From: Candidatus Eiseniibacteriota bacterium
GTDB lineage: Bacteria > Eisenbacteria > RBG-16-71-46 > CAZAMP01
Assembly: GCA_965224245.1 (NCBI GenBank)
Contig: OZ245046.1
Span: forward strand, 1,120,001 to 1,184,000
Direction: 5' to 3'
DNA: 64,000 bases
This document shows, one piece after another, positions 28,101-35,701 of the stretch. The first letter of the stretch is position 1. Every line of letters starts with the position of its first letter. The notes under the pieces are model-generated. The model was not told the DNA's origin. It searched no databases and saw only the letters and a list, made by a program, of their open reading frames with translations. The translations under genes and the position numbers were made by a program.

Positions 28101-28776
28101 CGTAGGTGGGTCCGACGAGCACCGGTCGGTCGGGATCGAACCATCTCGGAACCCGCCGTCGCGTCGCACCGAGGGTCATCCTCTGCGCCGGCGTGGGCGC
28201 ACCGACGGCGTCGGCGGGTGTCCCGGCCAGCTCGCGCACCAGCGCCGGCGTGGGCACGCGAACGTCCGCCGTCCGGTGGGCGGTCGTCTCGTCCATGGCC
28301 ACCACGACCGGGACGAGCGCCGACTCGGCCACGATCAGTCCCAGGAGTGCGAGATCGACCGCGTCCTGAGGGTCGGCCGCGGAGAACACGATCGCGCCCG
28401 CGTCCGCGGCCAGATGCGCCGCCTCGTGTCCGGTACCCGTGGCGGCTCCGTGCGCGGCGAGCGCCCGGTTCTCGAGCACGATCAGAAGCGGCAGCGACCG
28501 ACCCGCGGCCACGCGCAGGAGATCGATCGAGGCCGCGAGCTCGCCGGCTCCGACCCCGACCGCGACCCGGTCGCCGGCGAGGGCTCGACCGATCGCGCGC
28601 GCGAACGTCGACTCGCCGGTCGCGGCGGTGTGCGCACCGTCACGCTCGACGGCGACGTCGGCGCGATCCAGGAACGTGTCCACCGCGCCCCGGCCGTCGA
28701 GCGACTCCTCGCTCCACTGGGCCCGGGGGCGCGACCGGGTCTCGGGCGTGTCGCGGCGCCCACGTCCGAAGCTCAT
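25156..28776 (-). CDS. degenerate pyruvate:ferredoxin oxidoreductase-like protein retaining two 4Fe-4S motifs (putative pseudoenzyme)
   Basis: PFOR domain-I-like segment (NRALAAHG...GHE...FSAADPQDAVDLAL...VVVAMD); CTGCGICWIACP and CTGCGLCIAECP; no YPITP, CxGC or GDG; 4-bp overlaps with rnfB and rnfC. Confidence 0.75.
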   Translation of the reverse strand: MSFGRGRRDTPETRSRPRAQWSEESLDGRGAVDTFLDRADVAVERDGAHTAATGESTFARAIGRALAGDRVAVGVGAGELAASIDLLRVAAGRSLPLLIVLENRALAAHGAATGTGHEAAHLAADAGAIVFSAADPQDAVDLALLGLIVAESALVPVVVAMDETTAHRTADVRVPTPALVRELAGTPADAVGAPTPAQRMTLGATRRRVPRWFDPDRPVLVGPTYDAETWALGAVGRDLFQLAPLASLVERARDHLTGAMGWAPSLVRTERVRRARRTLIVLGDATDTVVAAARENRAHVLALKSLSPLPDLADALRDANEVCVLEQAAPTRTGPGPLTREILDAFVRALESAPSRTLSRGRRPIPTIRSVYVGLGGRPVRLEDVAALCRADSLPDGPLYLGVSFGVDASTDPKRRILVERVLGDHPDAAARAIVGTPDATGSGPVTVPPRTAVRSERPYSLAAMRRTDDYHDSLPRFWGEVGLPIAEQRGVTLSPDPHLAAGTIPALSGALVAGGTPPEDVPRFVPTACTGCGICWIACPEGAIGPVALGVRRILDAAIARLAARGHDVSVLQPVLGKLADRTHRAIDAGGTTGQPAETSDTNRSGREAAGTFGPALAGAFGWLVEKMAPSAERRDALVGAFEALLAEVGDLPIARTRAFFDDPDARAPGAGELLTLAIDPGACTGCGLCIAECPEDALVAPGPEAGPSAQDALARAWSRWEWLPDTSGATIAAARERDDVGEAAGTFLTRHCLRAFGPGSTDEASASARIALRLVLGAIESQVQPAVRDLVSRIRSMEDALGTRLRGTLADALPTDDLAALEDGVAAFADAELTISKLAASIEGASSAGRLDAGVIQRLVTTARDLADLRWRLETAPTGLGRARAGLVVASSPRFASMTRFPINPFPQPVVVDMTGTSIPLVAGLASARARAALDDARTVHRAETLATARPSAGPEDPLEKLSDEDRRALAPLVLLADEDEMSPGTWGDLLALVRTDTPVLVLLLGRQAPDTGHDPGLALLALGGATVVQSTIAHADHLVAGIRSVLAGGGSGVVRVLAPVPDGDVTIDTVLDEARGAVSRGDVPLYVFRPGADGTRLSLDGNPDPDRAGAILTERAGLITAVADRTADEVRRADAERHAQALDTLRTEYEAKLAALRTDVELELADRLAANLMASAMAHVPSDPAIERAADPPADTSDEETPA

Positions 28777-29621
28777 GCGTCACCTCGTCTGTGCAAAGGG
28801 ACCGGCTCGTCGTCGAACTGATCGCCGGGCACCCAGCGGATCGCGCCGGTCGGACAGCGAAACGTGGCCGCGGGGCCGATGACCTCGGACCGGACGTAGT
28901 CCACGATCGGCAGACCGTCTCGCATGACGATGGCGCCCGACGGCGCATCCTGGGCACACCGCCCGCACGCGTCGCACGCCACGCGGCACAGGGCGACCGC
29001 GTCCTCGCCGGCGAGCGGGATGCTGCATTGCACGAGCACGGGCTGATCGACCGGAAGCAGCTCGAACAGATCGCGCGGACACTCGACGACGCAGTCGTTG
29101 CACGCCGTGCAGCGCTCGACGCTGACCACCGGCAGGCCGTTGGCGTTCATCCGGATCGCGTCGAAGGTGCACACGCGCTCGCAGTCCCCGAGCCCGAGAC
29201 ATCCCCAGGCGCAGCCCTTGCCGCCACCGGAGACGAGCGACGCGGCCCGGCACGACTCGTACCCCTCGTACGCGGCGATCTGGGTGGCCTGGGCGCGTCC
29301 GCCGGCGCAGTGGAGCCGGGCGACCCGCTTCACCTGGGTGCCGGCCTCGACCCCGAGAAACTCGGCGATCGCCGCGACGGCGTCCGGGCTGGAGACGGTG
29401 CACGAGCTGGGCTGAACGGCACCGGCCACCAGGCGCGTCGCGAACGCCTGACAGCCCGGCTCGCCGCACGCGCCGCAGTTCGTGCCCGGCAGCATCTGCT
29501 CGACCGCCTCGAGGCGCGGGTCCTCCTCGACCTTCAGGTAGCGGTAGGCGACGGCCAGAATGGTGCCGAACACGAGGCCCAGCCCCGTCATGATCGTCGC
29601 CGCGATCAGCACGCTGCCCAT
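28773..29621 (-). CDS. rnfB: Rnf complex subunit B
   Basis: N-terminal TM, LPGTNCGACGEPGC, CLGLGDCERVC, CTACNDCVVECP. Confidence 0.93.
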   Translation of the reverse strand: MGSVLIAATIMTGLGLVFGTILAVAYRYLKVEEDPRLEAVEQMLPGTNCGACGEPGCQAFATRLVAGAVQPSSCTVSSPDAVAAIAEFLGVEAGTQVKRVARLHCAGGRAQATQIAAYEGYESCRAASLVSGGGKGCAWGCLGLGDCERVCTFDAIRMNANGLPVVSVERCTACNDCVVECPRDLFELLPVDQPVLVQCSIPLAGEDAVALCRVACDACGRCAQDAPSGAIVMRDGLPIVDYVRSEVIGPAATFRCPTGAIRWVPGDQFDDEPVPLHRRGDA

Positions 29622-29629
29622 CGTCCGCC

Positions 29630-32110
29630 TCACTGATTGAACGGGGCCGCCCGCGCGACGAGCTCCTCGAGCCCCGGCTCGTCGGGATTCACCGGCTGAC
29701 CCGGGTGAATGCACCGCGCCGGGCACTTCTCGGCGGCCTGCACGAGCTGCGAGTACGTTCCCGCGTGGATGTCGCCGATGTGCGCCTGCTTGTTCTGGTC
29801 GTACACGAAGAGCTTCGGATTGATCGCCGTGCAATCGTTGCAGCTCGTGCAGAGGGGCGTGTTGATCCACGCCTCCTCGAAGACGAGCGCGTCGTCGTCC
29901 TCGTCCGCCTCGCTCTCGCCGGCAGCGGATGCGTCGGCCGGGGTCGCTCCGGCATCGACCGCGTCCGGAGCAGCCGGCGGCGCGCTGTCGGGCGCCGGCG
30001 GCGCGGCGGCGCCGGGAGACCCGACAGGCGGCGGAGCCGTAGTGGACGCCGCAGTGATGGACCCGGTCGCGAGCCCGCCGGGGTCGAGGCCGAGCAGCAT
30101 GCGGGCCAGGCCCTGCATGGCCAGGCCCGCGGCGTCACGGCGCACGCGGTCGAGATCCGAGGCGTGCTCGCGCTCGAGACGGGCGCGGTCCGCGGCGGCG
30201 ACCGCCTCGGCCTCGGTCCGGGCGCGAGCGGCCGCGGACTCCGCGTACGCGTTGTGTATCCCGCCGAACTCCTGCAGCGTCCGCCAGAAGTCGTGCCGGG
30301 CGCGTGCCTCCAGCGCCAGCTCGCGCGTGACCGCCAGACGCACCGTGCGCCCCTCGGCGTCGGCGGCGATCACGAACGGAACGCCGCTCGGGGCCTCGTC
30401 GGGCGCCTCGTTCAGATGCTCGGCCAGGGGGACCAGCGCGTCGTCGGGAACGGCGTCGGGGATGACGGCGAACGCTCCGGCGAAGCGGGACTCCAGGAGG
30501 GCGTAGTCGGCGAACGTGAACGCGAGCGAGAGGTCCTCGTGGTCCGGCATCGAGTAGGTGGGCCAGTCCATCTCGGGCTCGGGATTGCCGCCCAGGTCGA
30601 ACCGCTCGGCCCACGTCTCGCCTCCGGTCGGATCGTAGCGGAAGACCGGATGCGCACGCCCCTCCAATGCGCTGGCCGCGTGCAGCCAGACGCCAAGCGG
30701 CGGCGTGTCGAGCCCCGTGCCGGGGTCGACGACGTGGACGGCCGGCGCGGCGCTCCGGATGGCGTCGCGGAAGCCCTCGCACATCGATACCGGGCTGGCG
30801 ATCGAGCACTGATGGACGAAGACGTCCCGGTGGGCGATGGCCATGTATCCGAGGTCGAGCCGGGACTCGGTACCCGCGTCGTCACCGGGATGCGCGGCCG
30901 GTGCGACCGTCGTCATCACGTGGATCGGTCGCGACGATCGCAAGGCTCGCGAGTAGCTGGCCAGCCGATCCCCGGCCAGACGCCAGGCGGTCTCCAGCGC
31001 GACCACCGGTGGCACGAGGCGGCGCTCGTCGGCGGAGAAACGGCGCCACCCGAAGGCATCGAGCCACGCATCGTGCTGCTCGGGGCGATAGCGGTGCGCG
31101 ACCTCCAGCTCGGCGATCCGGGCCGCCACGAACACCTCGGCGACACGCGCCGCCCATCGATCGAACTCGGTCTCGGCCGCGGTCAGAGGCTCGTCGGACC
31201 GCACCCATTCCACACCGAGCTCGGCGGGGAGCCCTTCGGGCTCGCCGCTCTCGTACACGATCACGAGCGAGGACCTGCCGGACCGGGAGAGGTGCGTCTC
31301 GAGCGTGGAGAGCGCGAGCTCGACCCGCGTGCGCTCGACGGGGTCCATCCGCTGGCTACCGCGCCACTGCCCGAGGGTCTCGGAGAACGCGGCGGGGTTC
31401 ACGTACTGTGCAGCACCCCCGATCGCGCCGGCAATCGCATCGCCCTCGCGATGCTCGGCGTCCTTGGCTCGTTCCACCTCGACGATGGACGTGAGCTTGA
31501 CCACCAGCTCGCGCGCGCGCGCGTCGAATCTCGCCCACCGCACCCGCTGCTCGTGCGCGGCGACGATCACGAACGCGCGCAACGCGGCATCGGCGTCCAG
31601 GTCCAGGAACCACCCCGACTCCGGCCACGCGGCCCGCAGCGTGCGATAGTCGGCGTCCAGCGAGGAGTCGTGCGGCTCGGTGAGCCCCAGCTCGGAGCGC
31701 AGCGCCGTGCCGGCTTCGTCGAAGAGCGTGGAGGCGTCGACGAGTCCGGCGCTCCGGCTCGCGCGCCTCCGGATGGCGCGTTCGAGTCGGAGGCGGTTGT
31801 CGTGGAGGACGCGCGCGTTCTCGGCGGAGAGGCCCGCGCGGTCGAGCCCGTCGTCGATCAGGGCCGCTACCGGGACCGCATCGACGTCGGGACCATCGCC
31901 GTCGGCCAGGAAGATCGGAAAGTCGTGTCGCACCGCGTCCGGCTGGCGCATCCCGCTCAAGAGGGCCGGATACGTTCCATCGGCCGGAGCGGTCAGGACG
32001 TTGTCCCGTTCCCCGCGCAGATGAAACCGGCGGAGCGTCCGGACGAGGTCGTCGGGCACGCCGGGAGCGTTGCTGGGGCTGCGGTCGGACGTCGTGTTCT
32101 CGGTCGGCAT
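29630..32110 (-). CDS. large protein with degenerate PFOR TPP-domain-like region, coiled coil, Pro/Ala linker and C-terminal ferredoxin
   Basis: ALEGRAHPVFRYDP, GNPEPEMDWP, FTFADYALLESRF resemble the PFOR C-terminus; C-terminal CTSCNDC...AEKCPARCIHPG; start 32110 (GGAG RBS) or 32125. Confidence 0.75.
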   Translation of the reverse strand: MPTENTTSDRSPSNAPGVPDDLVRTLRRFHLRGERDNVLTAPADGTYPALLSGMRQPDAVRHDFPIFLADGDGPDVDAVPVAALIDDGLDRAGLSAENARVLHDNRLRLERAIRRRASRSAGLVDASTLFDEAGTALRSELGLTEPHDSSLDADYRTLRAAWPESGWFLDLDADAALRAFVIVAAHEQRVRWARFDARARELVVKLTSIVEVERAKDAEHREGDAIAGAIGGAAQYVNPAAFSETLGQWRGSQRMDPVERTRVELALSTLETHLSRSGRSSLVIVYESGEPEGLPAELGVEWVRSDEPLTAAETEFDRWAARVAEVFVAARIAELEVAHRYRPEQHDAWLDAFGWRRFSADERRLVPPVVALETAWRLAGDRLASYSRALRSSRPIHVMTTVAPAAHPGDDAGTESRLDLGYMAIAHRDVFVHQCSIASPVSMCEGFRDAIRSAAPAVHVVDPGTGLDTPPLGVWLHAASALEGRAHPVFRYDPTGGETWAERFDLGGNPEPEMDWPTYSMPDHEDLSLAFTFADYALLESRFAGAFAVIPDAVPDDALVPLAEHLNEAPDEAPSGVPFVIAADAEGRTVRLAVTRELALEARARHDFWRTLQEFGGIHNAYAESAAARARTEAEAVAAADRARLEREHASDLDRVRRDAAGLAMQGLARMLLGLDPGGLATGSITAASTTAPPPVGSPGAAAPPAPDSAPPAAPDAVDAGATPADASAAGESEADEDDDALVFEEAWINTPLCTSCNDCTAINPKLFVYDQNKQAHIGDIHAGTYSQLVQAAEKCPARCIHPGQPVNPDEPGLEELVARAAPFNQ

Positions 32111-32147
32111 CGTCGTGTTCTCCACGCGGTCGTGTTGCGGCTCGCGC

Positions 32148-33101
32148 CTACACGGCGAAGCGCCCGAGCTCCTCGTGCAGCGCCGCCACCTTCTCCTTCA
32201 CCGGCATCTCGAGCCCCATCGTCGTGAACGACTCGTAGCGCGGCCGGTCCGGATCGCGGTAGAACAGCCCGATGGGTACCACGTCGGTGCGATCGGCGAG
32301 AGCGCGCGCGCCGGCCATGTCACGCGGATCGTGTTCGGTCTGCGTGGGAAGCGTCTTCTGGATCACCGGATCGAGCTGCACGCCGTCGGCGTGATTCAAC
32401 ACGAGCAGCCGCGACGGATCCCGCTGGAGCTCGTCGAAGATCTGGGGCGTGTACGTCGGACAGCGCTGGAAGATCCGGACGAAGCTGAGCCCCCGATGCG
32501 CGTGCGCGAGCTTCAGCGTGGCCTGAAGGTGGGCGGGGTTCCAGTCCACCGTCTGCGCGACGAACGACACGTTGGTGAAGCCGAGCGTCGACTGCGTCGG
32601 ATTCAACGGCGGTAGCGGCGCACCCGACGGATGCGTGTTGCTCTTCCATCCCAGCGGCGACGTGGGCGACGTCTGGTTCTTGGTGAGGCCGTAGATCGCG
32701 TTGTCGAACAGCATCACCACGATGTCCATGTTGTACCGGATGGCGTGGACCCAGTGTCCGGCGCCGATCGAGCAGCAGTCGCCGTCGCCGGTCGCCACCC
32801 AGACGTCGAGATCGGGGCGCCGGGCCTTGATGCCACACGCGACGGGAAGTGGCCGTCCGTGCAGCCCGTGGAAGCCGTAGGTCTTCATGTAGTGCGGGAA
32901 GCGACTCGAGCAGCCGATGCCCGAGACCGCCACCGTCTTCTCGGGTGTGAGCTGCTCGTCGCGACAGATCTTCTGAACCGCGGTCAGCACCGCGAGGTCG
33001 CCGCAGCCCGGACACCACCGGGCCGTGCCGCCCTCGTAGTCCTCCATCGTGAAGTAGCGGGGCGATACGTCTACTTCCCAATCGTCTTTCAGGCCGAACA
33101 C
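32148..33101 (-). CDS. korB: 2-oxoacid:ferredoxin oxidoreductase beta subunit (TPP-binding)
   Basis: WCPGCGD, SGIGCSSR, HGLHGR, TGDGDC, FDNAIYGLTKNQTSPT; AAGGAG RBS before GTG 33101; substrate not determinable. Confidence 0.9.
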   Translation of the reverse strand: MFGLKDDWEVDVSPRYFTMEDYEGGTARWCPGCGDLAVLTAVQKICRDEQLTPEKTVAVSGIGCSSRFPHYMKTYGFHGLHGRPLPVACGIKARRPDLDVWVATGDGDCCSIGAGHWVHAIRYNMDIVVMLFDNAIYGLTKNQTSPTSPLGWKSNTHPSGAPLPPLNPTQSTLGFTNVSFVAQTVDWNPAHLQATLKLAHAHRGLSFVRIFQRCPTYTPQIFDELQRDPSRLLVLNHADGVQLDPVIQKTLPTQTEHDPRDMAGARALADRTDVVPIGLFYRDPDRPRYESFTTMGLEMPVKEKVAALHEELGRFAV

Positions 33102-34981
33102 GCGACTTCTCCTTTGCGCGAGCCGAGACGACGTGCGATCTCGTCGTAGATCTGACCGGGACGCAGCGGCTGACCGTGTACGTTCGACCACGAGTCGATG
33201 TCCACGAGCGTGCGGTTCCTGAGGAGCTTTGCGAGCTGTGCGTGCCGGCGCGCTTCGGGCGTCATGTGCGGGGCGTCCGGCGCGTCACTGTAGTTGATCT
33301 CCACCGTCAGCACCTGCTTGAAGCGTGAGAACATCTTGCCGAGCCCCTCGGGGAGCGGCGACACGAAGCGCAGGTGCGTGCTCGAGACGCGGTAGCCATC
33401 GGCCCGCGCCCGGTCGATCGCCTCGTCGATCGCGCCCAGCGTCGAGCCCCAGCCCACGACGAGGAGATCTCCCTCGGGGTCGCCGTGGATCTCGGGCAGG
33501 GTCAGGGTCCGGCGAAGCGCGGCGAGCTTCCGGCTCCGCATGTCGCAGCCGGTCTGGTTGGACTCGGGGTCGTAGGCCACCTTGCTCTGTCGCGTGTGGG
33601 CGAGTCCGGTCAACACGTATTCGCCACCGGCCTGTCCCGGGATCGGACGGGGGGACAGTCCGGTCTGGGGATCCCAGTCGTACGGCGGCGTGCCGGGCGT
33701 CCACGGCGACTGGTCGATCGGCGGGGCCATCCACTCCGATTTGAGCTCGGGACGCGGAAACGGTGCCACGCCGGTGGCGAGGTTCGCGTCGGTGAGGACC
33801 ACGACCGGTCCCCGGAACTCCTCGGCCAGGCGTCGGGCCAGGATCGCGAAGTGGAAGCACTCCTCGATCGTGGCCGCCGCGATCACGACCTTCGGCGCGT
33901 CACCGGGCTCACCGAAGATCGACGGCAAGAGCTCGCCCTGCTCGACCTTCGTGGGGAGACCGGTGGACGGCCCGCCCCGCTGGACGACGACGATCACGAG
34001 CGGGATCTCGGCCATGACCGCGAGCCCGACGAACTCCGTCTTCAGGGCCAGTCCCGGTCCCGAGGTGATCGTGCACGCGGTCTTGCCCGCGTAGGACGCG
34101 CCGATCGCGAAGCCGATCGCGGCGATCTCGTCCTCGGCCTGATGCACGACGCCGCCGACCTTGTGGAAGACGCCGGCCAGGTAGTGCGACGCCGACGTGG
34201 CGGGCGTGATCGGGTACATCGAGACCAGCTCGATCCCGGCCGCCATGATGCCGGCCGCCACGGCCTGGTTCCCGTTCATGACGATCATCTCGCGCTCGTG
34301 CGGCCACGGCGGGATCTCGTACGAGAAGGGGAGGTTCTCCCGCGCGAACTGAACGCCGTGCTCCAGGAGCTTCTCGTTTCGCGCGATGACCTCCTCGCCC
34401 TTGCGCGCGAAGAGGAAACGGATCTCCTCCTTGGCCTTCTGCACGTCCCGCTGGTAGAGCTGACAGAGCAGGCCCAGCACGAACATGTTCTTGCCGAGTC
34501 GAGGGTTCGTCGTGATCTCCTCGCAAGCCTTCTCCATCTCGAGCTCGTACACCACGAGCCCCTGCGCGCGGAACTCCTCGACCGCGGTCGTGTACTGGCT
34601 CCGGATCGACTCCTGGACGTCGTCCTTCCACTTGCTCTCGAGCAGAATGATCGTGCCGGGTCGGTAGGATCGCTGCTCGATCCGGCCGTACAACACCTGG
34701 TCGTTGAATGCGACCACGAGATCGGCCTCGTCGCCCATGTTGGTCACTTCGTCCGAGCCGATGCGGATCCGGATCCCACTGGCGCCGGCGCGCGAGCGCG
34801 AGGGCGGCTTGATCTCGGCCGGGATGATCTCCACGGTCCACACCCCGTTGCCCATCTTCGCGCACACGGCACCGAAGGACTGACCGGCCTTCTGCGCGCC
34901 CTCACCCGAGTCGCTGACGATCTCGACGATGTGTCCGTCCACCCGCTGGGGCACGCCCTCGCCGCTCATGTTCTCTCCCAT
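33089..34981 (-). CDS. korA: 2-oxoacid:ferredoxin oxidoreductase alpha subunit (gamma-alpha fusion)
   Basis: SGEGAQ, MNGNQA, YPITPAT, QAEDEIAA, TSGPG, QRGGPSTGLPT; start 34981 or 34969. Confidence 0.92.
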   Translation of the reverse strand: MGENMSGEGVPQRVDGHIVEIVSDSGEGAQKAGQSFGAVCAKMGNGVWTVEIIPAEIKPPSRSRAGASGIRIRIGSDEVTNMGDEADLVVAFNDQVLYGRIEQRSYRPGTIILLESKWKDDVQESIRSQYTTAVEEFRAQGLVVYELEMEKACEEITTNPRLGKNMFVLGLLCQLYQRDVQKAKEEIRFLFARKGEEVIARNEKLLEHGVQFARENLPFSYEIPPWPHEREMIVMNGNQAVAAGIMAAGIELVSMYPITPATSASHYLAGVFHKVGGVVHQAEDEIAAIGFAIGASYAGKTACTITSGPGLALKTEFVGLAVMAEIPLVIVVVQRGGPSTGLPTKVEQGELLPSIFGEPGDAPKVVIAAATIEECFHFAILARRLAEEFRGPVVVLTDANLATGVAPFPRPELKSEWMAPPIDQSPWTPGTPPYDWDPQTGLSPRPIPGQAGGEYVLTGLAHTRQSKVAYDPESNQTGCDMRSRKLAALRRTLTLPEIHGDPEGDLLVVGWGSTLGAIDEAIDRARADGYRVSSTHLRFVSPLPEGLGKMFSRFKQVLTVEINYSDAPDAPHMTPEARRHAQLAKLLRNRTLVDIDSWSNVHGQPLRPGQIYDEIARRLGSRKGEVACSA

Positions 34982-34982
34982 G

Positions 34983-35417
34983 TCAGGCGCCTCGCCCGAT
35001 GTCGGTCATGACCGAGTCGATGAACAGGTCGTTCTCGCGGCCCTCGTGCTCACGCAGTTCGGTCGCGAGCTCGGCGGCCCGCTGCTGGGCCTCGGGCCAG
35101 ATGTCCCGCCGTGCCGTGTCCACCAGCTCGGCCACGAGGTCGCGCAGGCGGGTGTGCTCGTTCAGCACCGCGTCCACGTGGGGGATGTGGTGCGGCGCGA
35201 TGTCCCGCACCGCCGAGTGGAGGCCGTCCTCGGCTTCCTCCGATGCAAAATGTTGTTCCAGAACGGTTTGAAGCTTCTCGGCGACCGGCAAGAGCGTCTC
35301 GCAGTCCGCGGCCTGCTCCATCGTCTCGAGGAGCCCGGCCAGCATGCGGTGCTCGGCGTCGATCCGGTCGCGGGCCTCGCTCTCGGGAGCGCCCGAAGGC
35401 TCATCGGCGTTGGACAC
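34983..35417 (-). CDS. hemerythrin (HHE) domain protein
   Basis: EH...HFASEE...EH...HEGRE di-iron ligand pattern; GGAGG RBS before GTG. Confidence 0.85.
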   Translation of the reverse strand: MSNADEPSGAPESEARDRIDAEHRMLAGLLETMEQAADCETLLPVAEKLQTVLEQHFASEEAEDGLHSAVRDIAPHHIPHVDAVLNEHTRLRDLVAELVDTARRDIWPEAQQRAAELATELREHEGRENDLFIDSVMTDIGRGA

Positions 35418-35603
35418 GGGGTACCTCCCAGTTCGCTAAGTCGTAGCGGGACGGGCCTTTCGAGCCGTTCGAAAATACACGGTGTGACGCTATCAGGTGC
35501 TCCACCCGACGGGTATACGTTCCATCCGAAGCGGCCCTTCGGGTTTGCGAAGGCGCCCATCCGACGCGCTGGCCCGAAGTTGCGAGCACGGCGCCGAGCC
35601 GAT

Positions 35604-35619
35604 TGATGCCGATGCATCA
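35604..35619. promoter_or_regulatory. palindrome TGATGC-CGAT-GCATCA upstream of the hemerythrin-kor-rnf operon
   Basis: read directly; same core as the sites at 6042 and 53916. Confidence 0.5.
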
Positions 35620-35701
35620 TTGCCTCGACTGCGCCCTTTTCGACACCGTCATCGTATCCAAATCCGGGACCCGATCCACGATCGAACGAGGGAGTCCGTC
35701 C

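Noticed and set aside
25156-28776. Calling the degenerate PFOR a pseudogene
   Set aside because: Uninterrupted 3.6-kb frame, intact Cys motifs and start/stop overlaps on both sides
35483-35497. TGTGACGCTATCAGG as a CRP/FNR/Rex site upstream of the Rnf operon
   Set aside because: Spacing and second half-site do not fit these consensuses well enough
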